Position numbers and translations under genes: made by a program. A stretch of DNA of 48,537 bases from Kiritimatiellales bacterium (GTDB taxonomy: Bacteria > Verrucomicrobiota > Kiritimatiellia > Kiritimatiellales > Pontiellaceae): the NCBI GenBank assembly GCA_030595785.1, contig JAUVCG010000001.1, forward strand, positions 1 through 48,537. The letters run 5' to 3'. Under the pieces are notes generated by a model that had not been told where the DNA came from, did no database searches, and saw only the letters and a list, made by a program, of their open reading frames with translations. Position 1 is the stretch's first letter, and each line of letters starts with the position of its first letter. Positions 8,556 through 19,100 of this stretch are shown here, in pieces.

Positions 8556-10790
8556 TTATAATTCATGCATCAGTTGATATCGATAGATTTCTGCCCACTT
8601 TGGAGGTGAACGGAAACCTTCCTCCATGAGGTAGTGGTTTCTCTGTATGATATCGGTGATTTCGGGAAATATTTCGCCGAACAGATAGGCGAATTCAGCA
8701 TAGTTATCCGCCGCCTCATCAAAGCGCCCCTGGAGCTGGTAGGCCAGGCCCAAAGCGATCATGGGTCCCGGGCTGTCGGGATATACTTTTCGGACATCGA
8801 CGAGCAGGGTTGACGCCTCTTCATACTGATGCTGGATGAGCAGAATATTTCCAGCCATCAACTTAGCCATCACCGACTTCTCCGGATAATGCTTGATGAT
8901 CGCGCGCCCGGCGCTGAGGGTTCCCTGGGCATCTTTGCTGGCATAGGCACTGTTCATTTGCGCTTCAAGTGTAATGAGTGGCGGCGGCTTGCGCAGTTGA
9001 TTGTATATGGTATGGACACTGGCGACCGCCAGAATAGAGGCGGCCACAACGGCTATGTCGAACCAATCGGCCCGGGTTTTTCGGAACACCCTGAAGGCCA
9101 GGGTGGATAGGGCCCCTTTAGGCTGCTGGCGATGATGCTGCGTCTCCTGCAGGTTGATAATGTAGGCCGCCGTGACGGAATCGACCTGCAAGGTGCCATA
9201 TTCTTCAATCGACAGGGTGTGCCATTCGACAAAGCCCTGCATGATGAGTCGTGCGAAGCCGTTGATCAATGTGCCATGAGGATCGGTTTCCTTGAGAATT
9301 TCCAGCACAAGCAACTGCTGGAGCAAGGGGAAAGACTGGTCGTCGAGCGCGGACTTCCTCCATGAAAGCAGGCTCACGCCACCCGGTAGATTTCCAGATT
9401 CTCTGATCCGGTCGATGACCAGGCTTTGCACTCTGAGAGGCAGTTTTTTCCAGAGCAGCGGCACGAAGGACGGGAAGCCTTTCACGTTCGTCATGCGTCC
9501 CCGGATAATGGCGTTGCTGAATTGCGACTCCTCCTCGTTCCAGAACTGATTTTGCAGGTTATGCTCCAGATTCTCGCGTTCCTTAGCAAAAAATGGAGGC
9601 TGGCTCTCGTAGGTCGGTGTGGCCTGCCGGAGCCGCTCCAGGGCTTCGATTTCGGTCAGCAGCAGGACGCTGAGATCGACCGTGGCGAGGTCGCTTTCGT
9701 AGATTTCCGGCGTGAGGGATTCCCCGCTGCTCTGCCAGCAGTGCAGCCCCCTGCGCTTGGGATCGAAGTGGTGGAGCAGCCATTGCACATGCCGGCGCAA
9801 AGGCTGGATGATATCATCGATAAACTGCGGGTCTTTGCGTATCTGCCAGACTTTTTCGGCGGTTTTTGCGATGAGAGGTTTCGGGGCTTCAAGTACCGAA
9901 AAGGTTTCCCGTGGCGAATAGGCAGTGGGTATAGCACCGGAGCTGGTTTGCACCTTAAGGGTCGTGCGGATGAGATCTTCAGCGGTCTCGATATCGATAT
10001 GTCGCCATGCGAGTGCGAGCGCATAGAGATCGTTTGCATCGAAATGGGGAGTGTCCGTTGCAGGCGACTGGCTCCAGATGCCGGGAATACTTCCTTCGGC
10101 GGGGCGCAATGCCCGCATCATGCACTCGACACTGATTACCGTGAGCGCATCATGATGATTCATCTCTTCAAAGAGCTTTATGGCTCCGGCGCGGCGTTCG
10201 AGCTCGTCGGACAGGTTGGCTTCGAGATCCTTCTCCAGATAGGTTTCCGCCAGTTGGACGGCGTCAGCGAAGATGCGTGCCTTGGTTACGAGGCAAAAGG
10301 TTCCGTCGCGGATTGCGAGTAGGGCGGGGGCCGCGTCGTTTTCCAGCCATTGAAATCCGTCCGTTTCGGTGACGGGCTCGGCGGACAGGAGCACGGGGGC
10401 GGGAATATTGGAAAACCGGCCCCAGAATACACCGGGCTCCGGAACAATCGCTTCGGCGGAAAAATGCTCCTTTTTTTGCTCAAAGTATCCGCAAAACCCG
10501 TTGAACATCAGGTTGATGCGGCTGTTTTGCGGAATGGGGATCTGCATCGACCATTCGGGGGATTTCAGGCTGGGGCATATACGGCCGACGGTTTCCGTGG
10601 CATGAAAAAAATAGCCCGCATTTTTTTCCCGGAAGGTCGTTCCGCATCCCCGAGGTTCGAAGATCCATTCGGAGAGCCACGGGTGTGCCGGATATGGACT
10701 GAAAATTGAATGCATCGGGGAGTATTGTTTGCTCAGCCGGGAATCTTCAAGCGAAATAACCGGTGGGAACGGTTGTAATAAAGTCGCCAA
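8556..10790 (-). CDS. GH63/MGH1/trehalase-like (alpha/alpha)6 domain + single TM helix + C-terminal TPRs (start uncertain; alternative ATG at 10715)
   Basis: Six-hairpin glycosidase-like pattern (ALALAWRHID..AED, Q..SGAIP, VDLSVLL, LQNQFWNEEESQF); TM IAVVAASILAVASV; TPR-like AKLMAGNILL...ALGLAYQLQGRFDEA. Confidence 0.6.
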   Translation of the reverse strand: MATLLQPFPPVISLEDSRLSKQYSPMHSIFSPYPAHPWLSEWIFEPRGCGTTFREKNAGYFFHATETVGRICPSLKSPEWSMQIPIPQNSRINLMFNGFCGYFEQKKEHFSAEAIVPEPGVFWGRFSNIPAPVLLSAEPVTETDGFQWLENDAAPALLAIRDGTFCLVTKARIFADAVQLAETYLEKDLEANLSDELERRAGAIKLFEEMNHHDALTVISVECMMRALRPAEGSIPGIWSQSPATDTPHFDANDLYALALAWRHIDIETAEDLIRTTLKVQTSSGAIPTAYSPRETFSVLEAPKPLIAKTAEKVWQIRKDPQFIDDIIQPLRRHVQWLLHHFDPKRRGLHCWQSSGESLTPEIYESDLATVDLSVLLLTEIEALERLRQATPTYESQPPFFAKERENLEHNLQNQFWNEEESQFSNAIIRGRMTNVKGFPSFVPLLWKKLPLRVQSLVIDRIRESGNLPGGVSLLSWRKSALDDQSFPLLQQLLVLEILKETDPHGTLINGFARLIMQGFVEWHTLSIEEYGTLQVDSVTAAYIINLQETQHHRQQPKGALSTLAFRVFRKTRADWFDIAVVAASILAVASVHTIYNQLRKPPPLITLEAQMNSAYASKDAQGTLSAGRAIIKHYPEKSVMAKLMAGNILLIQHQYEEASTLLVDVRKVYPDSPGPMIALGLAYQLQGRFDEAADNYAEFAYLFGEIFPEITDIIQRNHYLMEEGFRSPPKWAEIYRYQLMHEL

Positions 10791-10881
10791 TTTACGTTGA
10801 CGGGCAGGCGGCTCTTGATATTAATTCTCCGTTTTCCACTATAATGGGTGGATTGTGTATTTTTGTAATAAAGGAGCCCCA

Positions 10882-12837
10882 ATGGGTACTGCGAAGAAAA
10901 AGACCGCCACGAAGAAAAAAGTTTCCAAAAAAGCCCCTGTGAAGAAAACGGCCAAAAAAGCGCCGGCTAAAAAGGCGCCGGCGAAGAAGACATCGAAACA
11001 ACCTGTTCAGAAGGCGGCGACCATCAAGGTTTCCAAAAAAGCGGCTGCCCCGGGAAAAAAGATGGAGCCGAAGCCCGCCAAGAAAGCTCCGGCTAAAAAG
11101 AAGGCCAGGAAAGCCCCCGCTAAAAAAGCCCCCGCTAAAAAAGCACCGGCGAAGAAGGCACCAGCCAGGAAAAGCGCATCAACGACGGCTGTTGAGGAGT
11201 TGAATGCAGTTTCCCTGATGGATCGCGAGGAGCGCAACGACCGCATCAAGGAACTGATGGCCTTGGCATCCGACCACGGATTCCTGACCTTCGAGGATAT
11301 TAACGAAGCCTTCCCGGAAGACATGGTGGTGGTGGAAGACATCGACAAGGTGGTCGGGCTTCTCCAGAGCATGGAAATCGACATCATCCGTCAGGACGAT
11401 GTGGAGGAATATCAGGCTCGCATGGAAAAGGAGCAGGCCGATAAGCAAAGCGCCCGCAGTGATGTCCTGGACGACCCGGTTCGAATGTACCTCAAGCAGA
11501 TGGGGCAGGTTCCGCTGCTCACCCGCGAGCAGGAGGTTGAAATTTCAAAGCGTATCGAGGAGGCCGAAATTGCAACAACCGGTATGTTCAATCGCCTGGG
11601 CTGCGCATCCGATGCCTATCTGGGTGTAATCGAACGACTGGAGCTGGGTAAGGAGCGCTTTGACCGCATTGTATCCGACAAACACGTTGAGTGTCGCGAA
11701 GACTATTTCAATGATCTGCCGAAAGTCCTTCGTGGCATCGATCGTAACCATGAGCTGAAGCTGAAATATTTCCACGATTATACAAAAGCAAAAAAAGAGA
11801 GCGCCGAAGAGAAGAAGGCCAGTAAAATGTTCGAGAAGGCGCAGGAGCGTCTGACCGAATACTTCAAGCAATTGCACTTCAAGCAAAAAGCGATTGAGGA
11901 CATCATTCCTTCGGTCGACAAGCAATACTACAAAATGAAGCACTTGCTTGAAGAGGTGGCCCGCCTTAAAAAGAGCCGGGCCAAAAGTGTTGCAGCCGAC
12001 CTGCGAGCTGTCCGCAAGGAGATCCGCGATCTGGAATCCTACCTCCAGATCGAGCACCGCGAATTTATGGATCAGCACAAGGAGTTGCGGATCTGGTTGC
12101 GCAAAGGGCTCAAGGCCAAAACCGAAATGATCGAGGCCAACCTGCGGCTTGTGATCAGTATCGCCAAGAAATATACCAACCGTGGGCTCTCCTTCCTTGA
12201 CCTGATTCAGGAGGGGAACATGGGATTGATGAAGGCCGTGGAAAAGTTTGAGTATCGCCGCGGTTATAAATTCAGTACCTACGCCACATGGTGGATCCGT
12301 CAGGCGATTACCCGCTCTATCGCCGACCAGGCGCGTACCATCCGCATTCCGGTACACATGATCGAAACCATCAACAAGCTGATGCGCATCCAGAAGCAGC
12401 TGCTTCAGGAGTTTGGCCGCGAAGCCACGCCGGAAGAGCTGTCCGAAGAAATGGATCTGGCTGTTGAACGCGTTCGCGCTATTCTTAAAATCGCGCAGCA
12501 GCCCATTTCGCTGCAAAGCCCGATCGGCGACAGCGACGACACGCACTTCGGTGACTTTATCGAAGACAAGGCTGCGGAAAAGCCGGATGAAATGACCGCA
12601 TTCAGCCTGCTTAAGGAAAAGATCGGCGACGTACTCGAAACCTTGACCAGCCGCGAACAGGAAGTGCTTACGCTTCGTTTTGGGTTAGTTGATGGCTACC
12701 CGCGCACGCTGGAGGAAGTGGGACGCAAGTTTAACGTAACCCGCGAACGCATCCGTCAGATCGAAGCCAAGGCCCTGCGTAAAATGCGTCACCCGACCCG
12801 TATTCGCAAGCTGGAGGGATTCCTCGACGGCGAGTAG
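10882..12837 (+). CDS. rpoD: RNA polymerase primary sigma factor with Lys/Ala/Pro-rich N-terminal extension
   Basis: [76 protein letters not shown] precedes ATG 10882. Confidence 0.98.
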   Translation: MGTAKKKTATKKKVSKKAPVKKTAKKAPAKKAPAKKTSKQPVQKAATIKVSKKAAAPGKKMEPKPAKKAPAKKKARKAPAKKAPAKKAPAKKAPARKSASTTAVEELNAVSLMDREERNDRIKELMALASDHGFLTFEDINEAFPEDMVVVEDIDKVVGLLQSMEIDIIRQDDVEEYQARMEKEQADKQSARSDVLDDPVRMYLKQMGQVPLLTREQEVEISKRIEEAEIATTGMFNRLGCASDAYLGVIERLELGKERFDRIVSDKHVECREDYFNDLPKVLRGIDRNHELKLKYFHDYTKAKKESAEEKKASKMFEKAQERLTEYFKQLHFKQKAIEDIIPSVDKQYYKMKHLLEEVARLKKSRAKSVAADLRAVRKEIRDLESYLQIEHREFMDQHKELRIWLRKGLKAKTEMIEANLRLVISIAKKYTNRGLSFLDLIQEGNMGLMKAVEKFEYRRGYKFSTYATWWIRQAITRSIADQARTIRIPVHMIETINKLMRIQKQLLQEFGREATPEELSEEMDLAVERVRAILKIAQQPISLQSPIGDSDDTHFGDFIEDKAAEKPDEMTAFSLLKEKIGDVLETLTSREQEVLTLRFGLVDGYPRTLEEVGRKFNVTRERIRQIEAKALRKMRHPTRIRKLEGFLDGE

Positions 12838-12854
12838 AATCCCGTGAATTCTAC

Positions 12855-12990
12855 AAATCCGAAATCCGAATATCTAAATCCGAAACAATTTCGAAACGGA
12901 AATCAGAAATGAACCAAACGGACTGTTTCGAGCATTTTGGTTTTAGTCATTCTGATTTGTTTCGGATTTCGAATTTAGAAATCAGGATTT
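12855..12990. repeat. Long imperfect inverted repeat of 7-bp-period units (AAATCCG/CGGATTT)
   Basis: Perfect 13-bp core aaatccgaaacaa (12876-12888) against ttgtttcggattt (12957-12969), flanked by degenerate heptamers. Confidence 0.75.
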
Positions 12991-12997
12991 TCCTTCC

Positions 12998-14332
12998 ATG
13001 ACCAATGGAAGGTCCATCATCAAGCGCGATGGGCAACTGGTTCCCCATGATCGGAACCGGATTGCCAATGCCATCTTCAAAGCTGCCGCATCGATCGGCG
13101 GCTTTGGCTTTGAAGAAGCGGAGCGGCTGTCCATCGTTGTGGAGCAGCGTACGGTGGAAAGTTATGCCGGGCAGGTTCCGACCGTCGAGGATCTGCAGGA
13201 TATCGTCGAATCCGTCCTGATGGAAAACGGGCATGTCAGCACAGCCCGCGCCTACATTATCTATCGCCACAAACGCGCCGAGATGCGTGATGTTCAGCGT
13301 GGCGCTGTCGAGGCAACCGACAATATTCCATACAAGCGTATCTACGAAGTGCTGCGCTGGAACATCGAGCACGGTTGCGAATCCATCGCAGGAATCAACC
13401 GGATTATCGAGGAGGGAGAATATCCCGGCCTGGTGTCGGCGTGCGAAGAGCGCTTTGCGAACGAATGCCGTGCGGCGGGCCACCGGGTGCTGGAACATGG
13501 CGAAGACGTCCGACTGATCATTGTGGCCGGCCCTTCCTCTTCAGGTAAAACGACCACCACGATTAAAATGGAAGAGGAGCTTTCGGCCCATGGGAAAAAG
13601 TTTAAGGCCATCAATGTCGATAACTATTTCTTCGACCTTGAAATGCATCCCCGGGACGAGTTTGGCGACTACGACTATGAAACTCCGCAGGCTCTCGATA
13701 TCGATTTGATTAACCAGCATCTGGAGCAGCTGCTCGCAGGCAAAGCTGTCAAAACACCCCACTACGATTTCCATACCGGAAAGCGAACGTTGAACGTGCA
13801 TGAAATGCAGCTGGCCAACAATGAAATCCTGCTGATGGACTGCCTGCACGGGCTCTATTCCGACATGACCCGCAGTGTGCCGGATAACCACAAATTCCGG
13901 CTCTATATCGAAACACTTGGCCAACTGCACAACGAACGGGACGAATTTATGCGGTGGGCCGACCATCGCCTGCTGCGCCGGATGATTCGCGACAGCTGGA
14001 GCCGCAACCACGATCCTCTGGACACGCTTACGCATTGGCACTATGTCCGCAAAAGTGAGCTGCAGAACATTATTCCATTCATTGGCAACGTCGACTTCCT
14101 TGTCAACAGCGCCATGCCGTACGAGTTTCCTGTGCTCAAGGCCAAGCTCTTCCACTTTTTCCCGGAAGCGATGGAGCTCTACCAAAGCGACCTTAAACGT
14201 CAGGACGCCGTTCTGCGTGCCCGGCGTATCCGGCAATTCCTCGAACCGCTTCGTACCGATGTGGACGAAAGATGTATCCCTTCAAACGCTCTCTTTCGCG
14301 AATTCATCGGCGGCAGCGAATACGTGTACTAG
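12998..14332 (+). CDS. ATP-cone domain fused to uridine kinase/PRK-like P-loop kinase
   Basis: N-terminal IIKRDG...IANAIFKAA...VEDLQDIVESVLM...ARAYIIYR (ATP cone); AGPSSSGKTT Walker A; DYETPQALD; RLLRRMIRD. Confidence 0.85.
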   Translation: MTNGRSIIKRDGQLVPHDRNRIANAIFKAAASIGGFGFEEAERLSIVVEQRTVESYAGQVPTVEDLQDIVESVLMENGHVSTARAYIIYRHKRAEMRDVQRGAVEATDNIPYKRIYEVLRWNIEHGCESIAGINRIIEEGEYPGLVSACEERFANECRAAGHRVLEHGEDVRLIIVAGPSSSGKTTTTIKMEEELSAHGKKFKAINVDNYFFDLEMHPRDEFGDYDYETPQALDIDLINQHLEQLLAGKAVKTPHYDFHTGKRTLNVHEMQLANNEILLMDCLHGLYSDMTRSVPDNHKFRLYIETLGQLHNERDEFMRWADHRLLRRMIRDSWSRNHDPLDTLTHWHYVRKSELQNIIPFIGNVDFLVNSAMPYEFPVLKAKLFHFFPEAMELYQSDLKRQDAVLRARRIRQFLEPLRTDVDERCIPSNALFREFIGGSEYVY

Positions 14333-14341
14333 CGAATGGAA

Positions 14342-14402
14342 AAGTTCCGCCTTTTGGCGGCTTCCACGCAGTGCACGACTAGCCGCCTGAAGGCGGAACT
14401 AC
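14342..14402. repeat. REP doublet (GTAGTTCCGCCTTCAGGCGG type) between convergent genes
   Basis: aagttccgccttttggcgg (14342-14360) and ccgcctgaaggcggaactac (14383-14402, GTAG-footed on the - strand). Confidence 0.8.
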
Positions 14403-14415
14403 GGACTTTTCTTAC

Positions 14416-15567
14416 TCAATACAGCTCGTATTTGCAGAGGAAGCCGTCGAGGCCGCCGCTGCGCAGGGGTTGTTTCCAGTCCGGTTTAAGGCCGAGTTTT
14501 TTCACGAGCGAAACTTCACCATAGTAGATAAAGGCCGTACAGCCGGTGCACTTTTGTTTCAGGTAGTCACCGAATTCCTTGAGCAGGGCGGCGGCATCTT
14601 CCGTATCACCGAGCCGGATGCCGTAGGGCGGGTTGGTCACGATGGTGGTGTTTTGCAATCCTTCCAGGCTTTGGAAGTCGATACGGCGAACCTTGATTTT
14701 CCCGCCATCCGGGAGGGCGACGCGGTTGGTGCGCACGGCTTTCAGGGCATCGGCACTGATGTCGCTTCCTTTGATCAACCCATCAGCGAGTTCGCTGATT
14801 TCGCTATTGGCTTTGGTTTTAACCTGATTCCAGACGGCGGCGTCGAAGTCGGGCAGACGGAGGAATCCAAATTTTTTTCGAAGGTAGGCGGCGGGTACGT
14901 TGCACTGTTTCATGAGGGCTTCGCAGAGCAGGGTGCCGGAACCGCAGAAAGGGTCGTAAAGCGGGCGTTCGCCATTCCATTCGGAAAGACGGAGGATGGA
15001 GGCGGCGAGTGTTTCCTGCATTGGAGCTTCAACGGTTTCGGTGCGATAGCCGCGCTTGTGCAGCGAACCTCCGCCGAGATCGACACTGATTCGCGCCTTG
15101 TTCTCATGAATGTAGAGGTTGATCAGCAGGTCGGGATTGCGGGTGTCGACGTTGGGGCGTTCGCCGGTTTTGTCGCGGAACTGATCGACAATGGCATCCT
15201 TTAGAACCAGTCCGGCATATTGCGAATGGCGAATGTTGCTGTCGGCCACGTTGGAGGTGACAGCAAAGGTCTTGGTGAGGGTAAGAAAGTCGGACCAGTC
15301 GATGTTCTGTGCGGTCTTATATAGATATTTGTCGGAGTGGCAATCAAATACAATCAGCGGGGCGAGAAGGCGCGAGAAAATGCGGGTTCGGTAAACAATC
15401 TCGTAAAGGGTGCGCTGGTTGGCGCAAAAGTAAACGCCGAGATAGCCGGGCTTAATGTTGGTTGCACCGAGTTCCTTGAGCTCCGCCATGCCGCACTTTT
15501 CAGTGCCGGAGGCCAGCTGGCCGAAAAAGTGATTGGTCTTCTGATAGAGATATTTTTTGTTGCTCAT
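14416..15567 (-). CDS. THUMP-domain class I SAM-dependent RNA methyltransferase (RlmL/YpsC-like)
   Basis: [32 protein letters not shown]. Confidence 0.92.
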   Translation of the reverse strand: MSNKKYLYQKTNHFFGQLASGTEKCGMAELKELGATNIKPGYLGVYFCANQRTLYEIVYRTRIFSRLLAPLIVFDCHSDKYLYKTAQNIDWSDFLTLTKTFAVTSNVADSNIRHSQYAGLVLKDAIVDQFRDKTGERPNVDTRNPDLLINLYIHENKARISVDLGGGSLHKRGYRTETVEAPMQETLAASILRLSEWNGERPLYDPFCGSGTLLCEALMKQCNVPAAYLRKKFGFLRLPDFDAAVWNQVKTKANSEISELADGLIKGSDISADALKAVRTNRVALPDGGKIKVRRIDFQSLEGLQNTTIVTNPPYGIRLGDTEDAAALLKEFGDYLKQKCTGCTAFIYYGEVSLVKKLGLKPDWKQPLRSGGLDGFLCKYELY

Positions 15568-15917
15568 TTCCGGACGGCGCAGTTGTTTTCATCAACGAAG
15601 ACGACGATCGGTTTGAGGACTTTGGCCTCTACGTTGTCGTAGTTGCCGTAGGAAATGATGATGACTTTGTCGCCGATGGCGGCCAGCCTAGCGGCCGGGC
15701 CATTGAGTTCAATCACACCGGACCCGCGTTCGCCGGAGATGGTGTAGGTGATGAACCTTTCGCCGTTATTGAGGTTGACGACCTGTACCTGTTCGCCGGG
15801 CAGCATGTCCGCCATGTCGAGCAGATCGCTGTCGATCGTGATGCTTCCTTCATAATACAACTCCAGCCCTGTAATGGTGGCGGTGTGTATTTTGGATTTT
15901 TTCATGATCCGCTGCAT
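15564..15917 (-). CDS. panD: Aspartate 1-decarboxylase proenzyme
   Basis: [12 protein letters not shown] self-cleavage site, [16 protein letters not shown]. Overlaps the downstream gene by 4 bp. Confidence 0.96.
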   Translation of the reverse strand: MQRIMKKSKIHTATITGLELYYEGSITIDSDLLDMADMLPGEQVQVVNLNNGERFITYTISGERGSGVIELNGPAARLAAIGDKVIIISYGNYDNVEAKVLKPIVVFVDENNCAVRK

Positions 15918-16138
15918 GGCCTTACCTCCGAGTTTAAAGCGGCGGATATTGCGCCGGTTTAACAGCTTCCGTCAATATGTTATTAGAGCGGATTTCGGGC
16001 CAAACGTTGATAATTCCAGACCGGCTTTTACGGACATTTTCGGGCGGCAGGATTATATATAAAGTTTTTTATGGATTTCTTCAGGAAAACAGCGAAAATG
16101 GAGGCTATTTTCATGGGTGTGTCCATGGAGCCCTAGTG

Positions 16139-19100
16139 ATGAACAACGAGATGCCATTTACTGAAAAGAACCTTAAGGATTGGGCCGGCTGGCGCGCTTT
16201 TCGCGATGGAAAATCGTTATTTACCAGAGGCGTGGTGGAAAAAGTCACCTATGACCATCCGCTCATATCGGGACTCCTCAATCTCGGTCCGCGCGGAATG
16301 CGCTCAAAATTCAAGGTGCCGAAACCGGGCGGTTATCCCGATAACCTATGCCCGTGTCGTGATAACCAGGATCGCGGGCTGATTTGCTCGCATCTCGTGG
16401 CCATGGGGTTGGAGGTCATCCGCCTCAATGCTGACCCGGCGCTGGAGGCGCAGGCCGATGCGGAGCTGCGGCGAGCTGAGCGACTTGCCAAAAAGCCAAA
16501 GGGGAAATATATCCAGTGTGTCAAGAAGTCAGACCCCAATGCGGTGAAGGCCCGTTTGGCGGTGGAACTTCCTGATAACTGGCAGCGGCAGGTGCTCATC
16601 GGAAAAGTCGAAGCCGGTATCCATGTGGAGGTTTCCGGCAAACGCACGCCTGCAGGTGATGTTTCGACCGAGACCGGTTTTGCTTTTCCCCATCGCGATG
16701 AAAAGATCCTTCATGCCCTGGAAGAATTATCGAAAGGCCCGGTAAAGAGTGCGATGCAATTTACCGTTTCGGACTTTATCAACCTGTTGCAGTTACATAC
16801 CGGGAAATCCATCTACGAGAAACACCACGCAAAAGGCTGCGCGGTCCATGCCGGCATGCTGGATTCCGTGATGGATATGGATCTCGATCGTGATAATGGT
16901 GAGCTCTTGCTTGAGCTTTACACTGATATTCCCGAGGGCGGTGACTCCGCGGATCCATTCTATGTTATCGGCAATACACAAGGCTGGATTTTTTGCGGGG
17001 GTCAGTTCTGGCCATTGGGCAATCTGCTTCCGCGTTCGCTGCGCGAAATCTACCGCGAGCCCATCACCATCCCGCGTACGGATGTGCCGGCATTCCTGAT
17101 GACCCATCTCGTGCAGATTGAAAAACAGATGCTGGTTCGCAGTACCATCACGCCGGATCTCTTTTTCATGAAGCCGGCCAAGCCCCGGTTTCATCTGGTG
17201 CTCAAGGGGAGCCCCGCCTCGCTCTCCGCTACGCTCTATGCCCGCTACAACGACGAAATCGAGCTGGTCGCCGGCCGCGCCGATATGCGCGGAAACTTTG
17301 CCATTCCCGACGAAAAGGATCTGCTGCGCTACCGCATCCGCAATATGGCCGCAGAAAAAATGGCGGTCCAAAAGCTGGAGGGGGTTGGGTTTTCCGGGCG
17401 GGCGGGCGATACGCTCAGAAATATCGTGGGACCGCGCGAGGTGCTCAATTTCCTCGGCAGCGGTGTGCCGAAGATTCGCCGCATGGGATGGAAGGTCGAG
17501 CTTGAGGGGCGCATTAAACCCTTTGCCGAAACGGCCGATTATGTCACGCCGGTTGTCCGCGTCGATGAATCCACGTCGGGCGACTATTTCGATGTGGGCT
17601 ACGACTACGACGTAGGCACCGGCAGCATTTCCGAACGGGACATCCAACGCGCGTTGATGAAGGGTGATTCCTTTATCGAGCGGGACGGGCGGACCATCCT
17701 GCTTGATGCCGATGCGATCCAGCAGGCGCGAGAGGTGTTCGAAGACTGTGCCGTTGGCACAGGTAACAGGCCCGGCACCTTCCGCATGAGCGGCATCTAT
17801 GGAAGCTATGTTGAATCTTCGCTGAACGAACTCGACGGCATTGATATCGAAGCCACTCCGTCCTGGTTGGAAAATGCCAAGCAGCAGAATGAGCAGGAAA
17901 CGGTCGAACCGGTCGAGCTCAGTCCGAAGTTGAAAGGTACGCTGCGCTCCTACCAGCAGGAGGGTGTCAACTGGCTGCGCTTCCTCGAAAAACGTGCCTT
18001 CTGCGGAATCCTCGCCGATGAAATGGGCCTGGGGAAAACCATTCAGACCCTGGCGTGGATCCAGTTGGGTCGCGCCGATGAGGACCATCGCGGAAAGCCG
18101 GGCCTGATTGTATGCCCAACCAGTCTCGTCGAAAACTGGAAGGAAGAGGCCGCGAAGTTCACGCCCGACCTGAAGGTGCTGTTGCTGCATGGCACCGACC
18201 GCCATCGCAAATGGAAGAAGGTCCCCAAGTACGACATCGTCATCACGTCCTATGCACTGATGCGGCGGGATATTGAGAAGCATTTGGAATACACCTATTC
18301 CATCGCCATCCTTGACGAGGCGCAGCATATCAAGAACCGCTCCACCCAGAACGCCCTGGCCGCCAAGAAAATCAAGGCCGAACACCGTTTGGTCCTGACC
18401 GGCACGCCCATCGAAAACGGCGTAACCGATCTTTGGTCAATCATGGATTTCCTGATGCCGGGCTACCTTGGACACCACAAGGACTTCCGCGAGTTTTATG
18501 AACTGCCCATCCTCGCCGGCGGCTCCATGGGCGACTATGCACAGGCCAAACTGCGGCGCAAACTGCATCCTTTCCTGTTGCGACGCCTCAAGAAACATGT
18601 GGCCAAGGACCTGCCGCCTAAGATCGAACGTATTGCGCCGTGCAAATTGACCGAGGACCAGCACAAGGTTTATGCCCAATTGCTCGAAGATTCCCGGACC
18701 AAAATCAGCAGCATGGTTGAAAAGAACGGCTTCAACAAATGCCGCATGGAAATTCTCAAAACGCTGCTGCGCCTTCGGCAGACCTGTTGCCATATCGACC
18801 TGCTCCATCTGGACGGCGTCAAGAGCAAACACCCCTCTGCTAAAATGGAGCTCTTTTTCGAGCTGCTTAACGAAGCGCTTGACAGTAAGCACCGCGTATT
18901 GGTCTTCAGCCAATTCACCTCCATGCTCGCCATCCTCAAGAAGGAGATGGACGCTCGCGACCTGAAATACTGCTATCTCGATGGCAGTACCAAGGATCGC
19001 CAGGATGTGGTTAAAAAGTTCAACAAAAACCACGACATCCCCGCTTTCCTGATGAGTCTCAAGGCCGGGGGAACGGGCCTCAACCTGACGGGGGCTGACA

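Noticed and set aside
16793-18385. 530-aa antisense ORF, and similar long shadow ORFs (11545-12546, 21567-22547, 25562-26560, 30138-31154, 34476-35534)
   Set aside because: Each lies antisense to a well-supported gene, has no recognisable motifs, and is expected from codon bias in GC-rich DNA.
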